Source of the DNA: Eledone cirrhosa
Taxonomy: Eukaryota
DNA length: 64,000 nucleotides
Reading direction: 5' to 3'
Assembly (NCBI GenBank): GCA_964016885.1
Contig: OZ024740.1
Coordinates: 130,696,001 to 130,760,000 of the forward strand
This document shows, piece after piece, positions 26,590 through 38,781 of this stretch (its first letter is position 1; each line of letters begins with the position of its first letter). The notes below the pieces were generated by a model, which was given only the letters and a program-made list of their open reading frames with translations, was not told where the DNA came from and did not search any database. Position numbers and translations under genes: made by a program.

Positions 26590-28677
26590 AATAAGTCAAA
26601 TGTTTAAAATTTGGCTTTGTTTATTACTGCTATATATATTTCGGTGACAGCCATCTTTGATTACGACCTCTTCAGGCAGTCCGAATTAGCGTGGTAGAGA
26701 CGAGTACACATGTTGTTGAGGTGTTTAACTTTGTCAATACTCTGATATGCCCAGTTCCTGGTTGGGTTGTTATTTCACTGAGTAACTGGAATCATATGAA
26801 TTTAAACAAACGAATTTCGGCGTCAAAGGACATCTTCTCCTCTCATTGGTCAGTTGTGAGAAAATTTCTCAGTCAAAAGTCTATAGAAATTCGTTCTGAG
26901 GAGAGGCAATCTGTAGTGGATGTTCTTGTTATTGTTAAGTACATGTGACCTCTACTCGTATGTTGGTAGTGGTGTTGGTGTTGGAGTCAGCTCCAAAAAG
27001 TGGTAGAAGGAATAAGATGGTAAAGGAAAAAAACAAAATAATTAAATTAAAATGTCTGTGTGTTATACCAACTCACAATGATAGAAAGATTTGTAAGGTC
27101 ACTCCTGCCATTGATCAGTTTTGAGAGCATTCCTCTGTCAAAAGTCTATAGAAATTCTCTGTAGTGTTTGTTTTTTATATTGTTAAGTACATCTGACCTC
27201 TACCCTTATTTTGGTAGTGAGGTTGGTGCTGTGGTCAGCATATGTTTTGCTGCTGCTGAGATTTAGAAGTATCTGTGTGTGTTTTTTCATCCATCCTGCC
27301 ACCATCTCTCATAGTGTGGGGGGGGGGGGGGTCTGCCATGTATATGAAGAAATAGAAGTCAATAAAATGAAGAAAACAGAAAATAAAAAAATAAATAATA
27401 AGTAGAAAATAAATAAAAAAAATAATAAAAAATTAAAAAATTAATAATAAATTAATGAATAATGAAAAATGAAAAATGAAAAATGAAAAGTGAAATGTGA
27501 AAAAAGTGAAAAAAGTGAAAAATAAAAATGAAGATTCAAATAAAATAAGATGTGTGTGTGCTATAACGAATCTCAAAGTCAGAAAGATGTTGGATAAAGT
27601 GGTAGGAGGAACAAGCTTGTAAAAGAATAAAAGAATGAAAGGAAATAAGATAATCAAATAAAATGTGTGTGTGTTATAACTACTCTCAACTTAAATAGGA
27701 AGCAATAAAGTGCAGAAAACAGAAAACAAATGAAAAATCAAGTAAAATGTGTGTGTGTTATAAAGATGTTGGCCAAATTAGACAGGCTGTGTCAGAATCA
27801 GTCCATGGCTTTCATGGTGTCTGCTCAGCCTGTGTGGGTCCCTATGGCTAGAGGGGAGTTCTCAACCTATGGTGTTGTTACTATCTATATATCTTGAGGG
27901 AGTTCTGGCCGAGAGGTGTCTACATGTTCTGGAGAAGTCCCTATAGCTTGAGGGGAGTTCACATCTCAGTGTGTTGCTACTGTCCATATAGCTTGAGGAA
28001 GGTCCCGGCCATGAGGTGTCTGCATGTCCCGAAGAAGTCGGTTCTGAGGTTTATCAGGCGGCTTCCACCTCTTACTATTTCGAGGGTCTCGTTCAGACAT
28101 AGTTTGCATATGCCGGATCCTCCTTTATCGGGTGGTACTTTCCTGATTATGGACCATGCCAGAGAGTACCGGGTCCTGTCCAGCTTAAGCTTCCAGATCA
28201 GGTCTGAGAGAGCCGTACTTTTCAGTTTGGCTTCCTTACTGAAGGAATGGTGATGGTTATACCAACGGTCTTTAAAGTTCCTTGATGTGGTTCCTATGTA
28301 GAGGTGTTCGGAGTTGGGGCTTTTAACCCTACATCCGTATACTAGGTTCTTCTTAGGCCTTCATTACTAATGGGGCATGATTCGGGGTTTCTGCAGTTGC
28401 AGAGGGTGGTCCACCTCTGCGTGCCTAGTGTGTGGTTCCCGTTAAGTGTTACATGGTGGTCTTCCCCCGGGCACGGTGGGGGGTCACCGGGTCTGTTTCA
28501 GTTTCTTGGGTGGGCACTGGGTCCCCCCTTTCCTACTTCCACATGGTTCTGCTGGGTGCTTATATTGACACCATCTGGTTGTGTGTGATTTTTAAGCCTA
28601 CTCCTGTTGATGCTAGCTATGTGTTGGGCTAGATTTCTCGTGGTGGAATACGAGAGCTTCACTGTGTGTGTTGAAGA
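26590..28677 (-). mobile_element. Nematis-like PLE 3' fragment (GIY-YIG remnant at about 27990-28677, then a long 3' region ending in a hammerhead)
   Basis: Hand translation: FNTHTVKLSYSTTRNLAQHIA, CNCRNPESC, NLVYGCRV...LYIGTTSRNFKDRWYNH, STALSDLIWKLK...CKLCLNE. (AT)n at both ends. Continuity of the middle section is inferred. Confidence 0.75.
26626..26680 (-). ncRNA. Hammerhead ribozyme, partly decayed stem II
   Basis: Minus strand ACUGC-CUGAAGA-GGU...ACC-GAAA-UAUAUA-UA-GCAGU; stem I ACUGC/GCAGU. Confidence 0.65.
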
Positions 28678-28936
28678 TATATATATATATATTTATTAAA
28701 ATAACAGATTAAAGTTTAAGCAAAGAATCGGTGCTTTCACCATTAACGGAATCTTCTGAAACTAAAAAAAAACAATCTGTGAACTCAGTTCGAAACCCGT
28801 TGCAACCAAAGTTCCCGTTAAGGGTGAAAGCAGCGATTCTTTGCTTAAACTTTAATCTCTTATTTTAATAAATATTTGATATATATTTATACTTATCGAG
28901 CCCTCTTTGAATGTTAGTCTTCAAATTTATTATTAT

Positions 28937-29066
<130 letters not shown>

Positions 29067-29144
29067 ATATATATATATTTATTGAAATAACAGATAAAAG
29101 TTTAAGCAAAGAATCGCTGTTTTCACCCTCAACGGGATCTTCTG

Positions 29145-29184
<40 letters not shown>

Positions 29185-29799
29185 TATATAAATTGGAAGT
29201 GATCGGATGTTGTATATTTAAGTAAGTAGGTGTAGTTGGATAAACGTCGAAACGGCTTGGTGGAATGCAGGGAAAATTTACACAGTTGTGCAGAATGAGC
29301 CGAGGAGGGGTTGTGTCGACATTCAAGCTACAAGCTTCCATGGTTACAGAGAAATTCGATGAAACTGGAATTTACCATTCAAATTGAACTGTGAACGCAG
29401 AAGAAAATATTTCGAGAAATGTTGCCACCGAACCAAAACAGAAAGATGATATTTTGGTTCATGAAGACGTTCACTGGCAATGAACGGAAAAAAAGCGAAG
29501 ATAATACGTCGTTATGTGGACCATAAAGTACAATTCCATGCAAAGACAAGACCAAATGTATGGTATAAATGGAGTCGTAAGACTAATATTCTATTTAAAA
29601 TAACAAAATGACTTCCAGCCCCGGAGTTTAAGAATGATGTAAATAAAATTGAAAACGAAAATGACAGAGGTTATTAAAATAGTAAAGGTAAATAGTGAAG
29701 ATTTAGGCCAGTACATACGTATGCCCCGACGGACATACACATAGATACGCACACACAAATACACACACAGACACACACGCGCGCGCACACGCACGCACG

Positions 29800-30240
29800 C
29801 GTATGTATAAACCTTATGCATTTCTACAGTATTTTCATCAAACTTAAGTCATAGGTTAATCATGTACTCAGGATGGTCATGGGCACTTTTATTTTTCCGG
29901 ATATTGATTATAGGGCCTCTCGGCAGATAACCCCCTTTAACCACTTTCTTGGAGTCGACTGAAGCACAGCAGTGCAATGCAACAAAACGTCATAACTTCT
30001 GAAGTTCGCAACCGATTTTGAAAAAACTTTAAAAATGGGCTACGTTTGTCCTACAGATGAATGTGAACTCTCAGAATTGGCAATATTGAGTAGGGGATCA
30101 CTGGGGGCAGGTACCCCCTTTTGGAAAAAGCCGATGATGTTGTAAAAGTATAGTTTTCGAAGCAGCACTGAAGTATTGACATAAATGGTATACACAACTA
30201 CTATTTAATAGCCGAGCAACGCCGTGTACCTCTGCTGGTA
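29800..30240 (+). mobile_element. Probable non-autonomous Helitron-like element
   Basis: Ends in gccgagcaacgccgtgtacctctgctggt, a decayed GC hairpin plus CTRG terminus. The 5' boundary is uncertain. Confidence 0.5.
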
Positions 30241-30269
30241 TATATATGTACATATATATATGTATATAT

Positions 30270-30432
30270 AGGGCGAGTAAAATTCCCGAGATCCATGGAC
30301 GAATTCTCTCCAGCTGTCTCTGTCCGTCATTATCGCTACCATGTCCTGCTTCTCCAACAGGCCAGCGTCTGTCCTTAGGGCATCAACATACGTTAACATT
30401 GGTCTTTCTCTTCCAGTTATGGTCATCCCACG
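30270..30432 (-). mobile_element. RTE-like LINE extreme 3' fragment
   Basis: GRERPMLTYVDALRTDAG...MTDRDSWREFV resembles the RTE ORF C-terminus (GRP...DR..WR). Confidence 0.6.
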
Positions 30433-30435
30433 GAG

Positions 30436-30955
30436 CTTGAGACAATCCAGCGAAGCTACACCAAGACGTTTGCGACGCTGAAGGAGATAAGCTACTGTGA
30501 GAGGCTAAAAGAACTGAACCTCTACTCATTAGAACGAAGGTAGGAGAGATATGCAGTGATATACATGTGGAAATTCCTTGAGGGACTAGCACCAAACTTT
30601 GGCATTGGGAGCTGGACCGACCACCGAACAGGACGTCACTGTGTGGTGCCAATCGTCCCGTCTTCCACATCTAGAATAAGGAGCAGATATTGCAATAGAC
30701 TGGGGTTCAAAGACCTTCAACTCTTCAACAAGATGCCGAGGGATCTGAGACATCTGCATGGTGTGGACGGGGATGTTTTCAAGAAACATCTCGACACCTT
30801 GTTATCCAGGAACCCGGATGAGCCCACAGCAGGCACGATGGAAACCTAAGGGCAGCAGCAACGAACTCCCTCTTGCATTAGTGGCCAGCCAATACAAGCT
30901 GAAGAAAAAATGGGTAGCAACAAGGGCGGTGCCTCAGCATGGAACAGGTAAAATA
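30436..30955 (+). mobile_element. CR1-group LINE 3' fragment
   Basis: LSYCERLKELNLYSLERR*ERY...IYMWK...LFNKMP...FKKHLDTLL matches the CR1-group ORF2 C-terminus. Confidence 0.8.
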
Positions 30956-30967
30956 GTAAAAGAGTAT

Positions 30968-31710
30968 ACTAGCTGATGTACCCTGCTTCGCCCGGGGATT
31001 AGTTAGGAGAATATGGATAAAAGAGAAAACAACTGGCTTGGATGTGTGGTCTGGTATGAGGTGAGACGGTAATGTGTGGGTGTGTGAGGGTGTGTGAGAG
31101 AAGGACCTAAACAAAACAATGATAAAACTTCCTTATTAGGCAGGGGGAATCCATTGTCGATTAAATGGTAGCATTGACCTTGGATTTTGAATGTCGTGAA
31201 ATAACCATAGTCAGTATGATCTTTTATAGCTCCATAGGACGTCATCTAAAACGCAGCAATATACCACGTAACATTGTTTTGAAGTCTTTATCTTCGTTAA
31301 TACGGACTGTAAGTAGTATATGGATAAAAACTGGAAGTAGTATATGGATAAAAACTGGAAGGTTGATTTCAAATAGTATACATTTTTCTTTGCTCTATAA
31401 AATGAAAGATTGTAAAACGACTTCATAAAAGCTAACGCAATATTGTTAAACCTTCCTATTGAGCAAAGGATCTATAGTTTAAGCTGTTTCTAGACTATCG
31501 TGGGACGTTACTCTCTCTCCCTCTCTCTCTGAATATCTAACACTTTAATTGTAACTCTCTCTGTATAAGGGTCTATCTCTCTCTTTCTGTTTCTCCCTCT
31601 GTATGTCTCTCTCTTTAGATGTGTCTGTATATATTTGTGTGTGCATTGTGTATGTGTGATTGTGTGTAGTTCTCGTGTGATCCAACCAGGCAACCAACCA
31701 AAAATCATCT
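30968..31710 (-). mobile_element. Non-autonomous Helitron derivative
   Basis: Minus-strand end cccgggcgaagcagggtacatcagCTAGt (hairpin plus CTAG); retains GYFTTFKIQGQCYHLI from the RepHel N-terminus; homologous to 57122-57680. Confidence 0.75.
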
Positions 31711-31720
31711 CTCTTATATA

Positions 31721-31793
<73 letters not shown>

Positions 31794-31819
31794 GTATATA
31801 TGTATATATAATATCTATA

Positions 31820-31856
<37 letters not shown>

Positions 31857-32343
31857 GAGTTAAACAAGATTCAATGAGTACATCAAATAATGAGTTTTAC
31901 AGTAGATTGGAAGCACTCTACAATGACAAATTATTTTCCAGAGTTATTAATATTAAAATACAAATATTAATAAAATAGATGTTCTTTTGATCAATTACAT
32001 TGTATTATACCTAATTCAGAGGTACACCAGTACGTACTCATCAGACAAAATATAATGATACATGACATACCCTGAGATGTTAAATGGTTAAGATTTAATC
32101 AAAGTAGTGACTAACCTAAGAGAAAACTCAACATTTATAGCCTAAAAATGAGAAAATGCTAAAACGCGAAACCGTAATAAATTCAATAGAGAATCCGTGA
32201 ATAAGAATGACGTTAGTTAATGTGACAGCTATAGAGATTGTAAAATTTAGGATACTACAAGTTATGGTTATCTAGGAAAACATTTCATGAATTATAACTG
32301 TCCATGAAGTCCGCTGAAAGAGGATTTAAAGTGAGGGAAAGAT

Positions 32344-32410
<67 letters not shown>

Positions 32411-32448
32411 AGAGAGAGAGATAGAGAGATAGAGAGATAGAGAGCGTT

Positions 32449-32499
<51 letters not shown>

Positions 32500-32599
32500 A
32501 TGTGTGTTCACCCCCAACAGTGTATAAACACTTCAAATGCATTCTAATAAATATATGCATACATTTTTGGGGACAACCTATACATATATATATATATTT

Positions 32600-34636
32600 T
32601 TAAAGAGATGCAAGGTTCTATAGAAGACAGTGGTTATCGAGAAAAGGTGAAATTGGAAATAGCATGGGAAATCTATTTTAGGGTCTATTTTTCTTTTTAC
32701 CGTTCTTTGATTGATCAAAGCGATGTTATTGAAAAATTGACGGGTCAATTCTTTAAAAAACCTTTTATAATATATATAAAGTATATAAAATATAACGGTA
32801 TTCGATGTATTAGTAAAATTCATCTTATAAAATGTTAAGTATCACATTTAAAAAAACATTAATAAGTATTAAAAACTAGAAATTAAAGATTGAAAATTAA
32901 GTGTTAAGAAAAGATGTTTCATTTTAATAGCAGCAGAATAAAATTATGTTTAGGGGAAAAGGAATATTCTGTAAATATGTGTGTGTGTATTTCAATTGTG
33001 TTAATGGACTGTTCAAGAATTCAGATGGGGCTTCGCGAAAGGGGGAATTGTAAGATAGAGACAAATTCTATGGGATTGGCAACAGTAGGGTTATAAAAGA
33101 AATTCTATGTTTGGAATATGGTTTTAGAGAGTGTGGGTTTGTACGGGTCAAAGTGTATATTTAAAAATACACACACGTGTGTCTGTATGTGTGTGGAAGT
33201 GGTGTAAGCGTGTGTGTGCTTCAGCCTGTCTTTCACAGGTCACTTCGTGGTAGGAAATTTAAAAAAAAACACAACAGGGCAAAGCATCTGTGGTGGTTTT
33301 CAATCAAAAATGTTTGGAATGTCTGTGTATGAGCAATGTGTTCTCTTATTTCGTGGCATGTGTGTGTGTGTATGTGGTTGGTAGAGAGAGATAATCCAAT
33401 GGGGGTGATTACATATTCCTAAACCCCAGAAACACCGAAATGTTCGACCTCCTACACAAAAACCTCCCCATTCTATTTAAAGTTGAAAAAATGAAAAAAT
33501 CCTAGAAACACGATTATTAAGAGTAAAAGGCAACCTAAATCACTAAAACACATTCTCACTGTAACAAGTATACACAAAACAATATCCAACCTTACGGTGA
33601 CAACATGCGGAAGAACGAACTGTGACACATGCCTATACTTAATTGAAGGACAATAATTCACCTTTAAAGATGGCCCAAACTTTCACAGTGAAAAACACTT
33701 CACTTGCAACTCAGAGAACCTGATCTACATAATCACATGCGGTGGCTGTCGACATACCTATATAGCACAGTGTCACTACGCAAAATAATGACCATCCATC
33801 GCCAACAAATCCTAGATGTAGATACAGGAAAAATCCCCTTAAGTAGCCACGTTGCAAATTTTGCAGGAATGATCCTACCCAACTTTAAAATCCCCCCCTT
33901 TACATGTGCCCCTATTCTTCAACTCAACATCAAAGAATAAATAAAGAAAAACTATTTATTAACAAATTTTAAACAAAATTAAATATGAAATCACCTCCAA
34001 TAGTTTATCCCCCGCCACCCACACATCAAGAAAAAATTGCTCAAACACATAAACTCCAAAAATTCCTTATTGTTTTCTTTAATTTCCCACCTCAAAGGGA
34101 CCTGTGACAGACAGGCTGAAGCGCGCGTGCGCACACACAGACCCACTTCCACCAACGCACGCGCGCACTAACACCAGTTGATTAACACAATTGAGATACA
34201 CACATATTTACATAATATTTACTTTGTCCCTAAAAAAATGTTGTTCTATGTGATAAAAAACACTCTTACCACCACCGCTGATGCTACTACGATAACTACA
34301 CCACTCTCTCTATACACAAGAGTTAATTTTCCAGCATCCTTCTCAACAAGAAAGATGAAAAAAACTTATCTCAAAACTTAATTTAAATCTTTTAATGTTT
34401 ACTTTTTAATTCTTATTAATTCTTTTTAAATGTAATACTCAACATTTTATGAGATGAATTTTACTAATACATCGAAACCGGTTATACTTTATATACTTCA
34501 TATATATTATAAAATCCTTTTTAAAACTATCATTTGTCCCTCTCATTTTTTCAATAATGCAGCTTTCATGAATTAAAGAAAGGAAACAAAAGAAAAATAG
34601 ACACTTAAATATATTTTCCATGCTATTTCTAATTTC

Positions 34637-34638
<2 letters not shown>
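32600..34638 (+). mobile_element. Neptune-like PLE 3' fragment with an inverted upstream arm, old
   Basis: 33560-33990 encodes TTCGRTNCDTC...FTCNSENLIYIITCGGCRHTYIAQ...HRQQI. 32650-32880 and 33190-33300 are reverse complements of about 34390-34637 and 34070-34150. A decayed hammerhead lies at about 34447-34485 (GAUG/CAUC stem II, GAAACCGGU). Confidence 0.75.
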
Positions 34639-34727
<89 letters not shown>

Positions 34728-34763
34728 CTCTCTCTCTCGCTCGCTCTCTCTCTCTCTCTCTCT

Positions 34764-34805
<42 letters not shown>

Positions 34806-35358
34806 CATGTTGGATGCTTAAATCGTCCGTATACGGTAGGCCGCGTGAGCACTCGATGCCCTCGTAGAGCAGGGTATGATATCACAGAAAAAAGAGAAAC
34901 AGTGTTGCGACGAAAATAATTTATTGGACATATTACAATTGTTTCTCGGGCGACCAGCTCGAGGCACGATCGATATGGTAATATACCTGACTCTGAAATC
35001 GCGCGATCCTCGGATTCTTCTCGATTCTACGAAGCAGATTTTCCTATTGTCCTTTAACATCGAATTCCTTCGTTTGTTGATTTAGATCCTATTGTTGCCA
35101 TTCCATGAGTGTTCAAGAATTGTACACGTCACCGGTATTTCTAGCCACTCATGGTTTCCCACTGCATGATTCTTCTCGTTCTCCACCTGGCAATCAACAT
35201 TTCTTCATGTATCAGAATTACTACTGTGGTGGGGGAGGGGATGCAATCTTGAACGGCTGGCATCAGTTCGACGCCTTCATTGTCCCTAGACGCCTTAGTC
35301 CACACCGTTCAGGTACATACTCGTAATTATGCTGTATGCGGCATTCATCATAAATAAT

Positions 35359-35530
35359 TGTTTATACCTTTGGCACAAGGCCAGCAATTACCAAGTGTAT
35401 TTTATCGACTCCCTAAGGATAAAAGGCAAAGTTAACGTCAGCGAGATTTGAACTCAGAATGGCAAGGGCCGTAACTGAATGCGTCAAATCATGGCGTCCG
35501 ACTCTCTACCAATACTGCAAAACCACCGCC
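35359..35530 (-). mobile_element. tRNA-derived SINE (octopus OK-like family)
   Basis: Minus strand starts GGCGGTGG; B-box GAGTTCAAATC; core TTTGCCTTTTATCC...GTCGATAAAATA. 20-bp target site duplication cggca(t/g)tcatcataaataat at 35339-35358 and 35531-35550. Confidence 0.85.
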
Positions 35531-35661
35531 CGGCAGTCATCATAAATAATGTTTGGCGGGAATTAAAAAAAAACAACAAATCAATCATAGGGATATTTAG
35601 CATAACATTTGTAGGACAGCCTTAGAATGTCCTCCGCCATACATATTTCAAAAAGAAAAAC

Positions 35662-35787
35662 GAAAAAAGAAAAAAGAAAAAAGAAAAAAGAAAAAAGAAA
35701 AAAGAAAAAAGAAAAAAGAAAAAAGAAAAAAGAAAAAAGAAAAAAGAAAAAAGAAAAAAGAAAAAAGAAAAAAGAAAAAAGAAAAAT
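35662..35787. repeat. (GAAAAAA)n heptamer tandem repeat
   Basis: Directly visible. Confidence 0.95.
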
Positions 35788-36456
35788 AAAAAAAAACCTG
35801 TATTAAGAACGTTTTTAAATGAAAGCTTTCAATAGCTTTTCAAACACAAAGGCTATATCAAAGGTCTTTTCAACAAATACACCCAATTCTACACTCACAC
35901 ACTGGACTCAGGGGTGCGCGCATAGCCAAGATGACGCACATGTATAGACAGATGAGAAAAGAAAAATCCATAGAAAGTCATCTGTACTCCCACGCAGACA
36001 TGCTCAAATAAATACATCAACCCAGGTATGCCCACACCTGTGCTCATGCAAATATGTGTGGATAGACAGGCATACATGCACCCGCGTACTCCCACACCAG
36101 ATGCATATACTTGATGAGTACTCCTGTATCCGTCTTCTCACGCGCAACTGCACATATGGTGCAATGAGTATTGTATGAGACAACGCTTTTGAGAATTTGA
36201 CTCAACACGGTCACGTGGAGTGTATGTATGATTGTAATGTGCAAGTGGCTGCGATATGTGCGTGTGTATACCATCAGCATGGAACGACAAATTAAGACAT
36301 ATATATAGAAGGTAACACGTGTATGAGCTGAGGATCCGCTAAGGTGAACACTTGTTCTCGGTATGGTGAATTAACTGTCGTGTTACCACTTCTACCTAAC
36401 TCGTCCCATGGACTGAGTGCTCTACCACTAAAGATATTATCGTACAGTGCTCTCTC

Positions 36457-36530
<74 letters not shown>

Positions 36531-36535
<5 letters not shown>

Positions 36536-37975
36536 ATATATATGCAGTAAGAAACACAGTAAATCGTGTGTCTAATATTACAAGGGTTGAAAAACCACAT
36601 TTGTTTGAAATATTTAACCAGGAAGCAGACAGAATGATATAATAAAAATATATTATTATACAAACCGCCTCAATAGCCATTTTATCTCTCGGACAGATTA
36701 TCGCTAATCTGTTTCGCCCTGAGTGTGTTTGTAACAGATAATCCTTAGGCATCATCAGCGAGAGAATCTGATTAAATGCAACAAACACTATGTACCAACG
36801 TTCACACAGAAAGGTGAAATTCATCACCTCGTGCGCCGCTAGTCAAACGTGGTAAGCGTGTATTGAATAGAAACAACAGTCCAACACACACAACTTAATA
36901 AGCTCGACTTGTGAGGGAGCAGAAATATAAATGAAAATTAGAGTTAAAACTCCAATTGTAACCTTGTAACTATTAAGCTCCAAGTATAAAATACTGAGCC
37001 GATTAATCATATATATGCAGTAAGAAACACAGTAAACCGTGTGTCTAATATTACAAGGGTTGAAAAAACCCATTTGTTTGAAATATTTAACCAAGAAGCA
37101 GACATAATGATAAAATAAAAATATATTATTATACAAACCGCCTCAATAACCATTTTATCTCTCGGACAGATTATCCCTTATCTGTTTCGCCCTGAGTGTG
37201 TTTGTAACAGATAATGCTTAGGCATCATCAGCGAGAGAATCTGATTAAATGCAACAAACACTATGTACCAACGTTCACACAGAAAGATGAAATTTATCAC
37301 CTCGTGCGCCGCTAGTCAAACGTGGTAAGCGTGTATTTCAAATATTTCAAACAAATGTGGTTTTTCAACCCTTGTAATATTAGACACACGGTTTACTGTG
37401 TTTCCTACTGCATATATATTATTAATCGGCTCAGTATTTATACTTGGAGCTTAATAGTTACAGGGTTTCAATTGGAGTTTTAACTCTAATTTTCATTTAT
37501 ATTTCTGCTCCCTCACAAGTCGAGCTTATTAAGTTGTGTGTGTTGGACTGTTGTTTCTATTCAATACACGCTTACCACGTTTGACTAGCGGCGCACGAGG
37601 TGATACATTTCATCTTTCTGTGTGAACGTTGGTACATAGTGTTTGTTGCATTTAAGCAGATTCTCTCGCTGATGATGCCTAAGGATTATCTGTTACAAAC
37701 ACACTCAGGGCGAAACAGATTAGGGATAATCTGTCCGAGAGATAATATGGTTATTGAGGCGGTTTGTATAATAATATAGTTTTATTTTATCATTCTGTCT
37801 GCTTCTTGGTTAAATATTTCAAACAAATGTGGTTTTTCAACCCTTGTAATATTAGACACACGGTTTACTGTGTTTCTTACTGCATATATATTATTATCGG
37901 CTCAGTATTTTATACTTGGAGCTTAATAGTTACAGGGTTTCAATTGGAGTTTTAACTCTAATTTTCATTTATATA
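36531..37975. mobile_element. Hammerhead-bearing tandem array, 473-bp unit, inverted near 37338 (putative non-LTR retrozyme family A)
   Basis: Marker gcagtaagaaacacag at 36544 and 37017; reverse-complement units from about 37340 and 37812. One hammerhead per unit, no credible ORF, (AT)n at both ends. Confidence 0.85.
37662..37742 (+). ncRNA. Type I hammerhead ribozyme with full stem III (other copies 36685-36765 and 37158-37238, minus strand)
   Basis: UCUCUCG-CUGAUGA-UGCCU...GGGC-GAA-ACAGAUUA-GGGA-UAAUCUGU-C-CGAGAGA. 7-bp stem I, 8-bp stem III, GUC cleavage triplet. Confidence 0.92.
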
Positions 37976-38394
37976 TATATATATATGTTACCAGCGATAT
38001 GGAAGACCCCTTTGTATGAAATATTGCATACAGGATGGACTTAAATATAACGAGACTTGCTGCATTTTCAAAAGCTACTGCAGATGTTGTGCTGCCAGTG
38101 GTAGTGGTCAATGGGAAATGCAGAATAAGGTGAGCTGAATGTTATTACCTGTTTTGTTAATTGCTAATAACCATCAGTGCACGTCAAGGATTAAATCGGT
38201 TTTTATTTTATTTCAATGTGAGCACTTCATTCTTGAACACTTAATTCTTTAACCGGCCAGAATTCTCTACCTCTTTCTGTTGAAACTGGCTGTAACTGGC
38301 CACTCATGTTAAGGTATTGTTATAAAAAATAAATACTTTCAAAATCTCATAGATTCGATATTATCATGAAATATAATAGTATATATAGAGTAAT

Positions 38395-38712
38395 TATTTC
38401 TACTTTTGGCACAAGGCCAGCAATTATCCCGGTGCATTACTGGTACTTTATTTTATCGACCCCATAAGGATGAAAGGCAAAGTTATCCTCGGCGGGATTT
38501 GAACTCAGACCGGAGGGGATATAATTGTTTCTACCTTTGGCACAAGGCCAGCAATTACCCAGTACATTACTGGTACTTTATTTTAACGACGCCGTAAGGA
38601 TGAAAGGCAAAGTTAACCTCGGCGGGATTTGAACTCAGAATGGAAAGGGATATAACTCTATGCGTCAAATCGTGGCGTCCGACCCTCAACCAATACTGCC
38701 AATCCACCGCCC
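38395..38712 (-). mobile_element. tRNA-derived SINE (same family as 35359-35530) with a tandemly duplicated 3' half
   Basis: Full unit at about 38520-38712 plus a second copy from the B-box onward at 38395-38510. 17-bp target site duplication agtatata(t/a)agagtaat at 38378-38394 and 38716-38732. Confidence 0.82.
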
Positions 38713-38748
38713 TAGAGTATATAAAGAGTAATGTGAATGGTAAAGGGT

Positions 38749-38778
<30 letters not shown>

Positions 38779-38781
<3 letters not shown>

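Noticed and set aside
32010-32050. Minus-strand CUGAUGA-GUAC...GUAC
   Set aside because: No GAAA after the putative stem II; at best a heavily decayed relic.
35359-35530. tRNA gene
   Set aside because: Only A/B-box similarity, followed by a SINE core and flanked by a target site duplication; it is a SINE.
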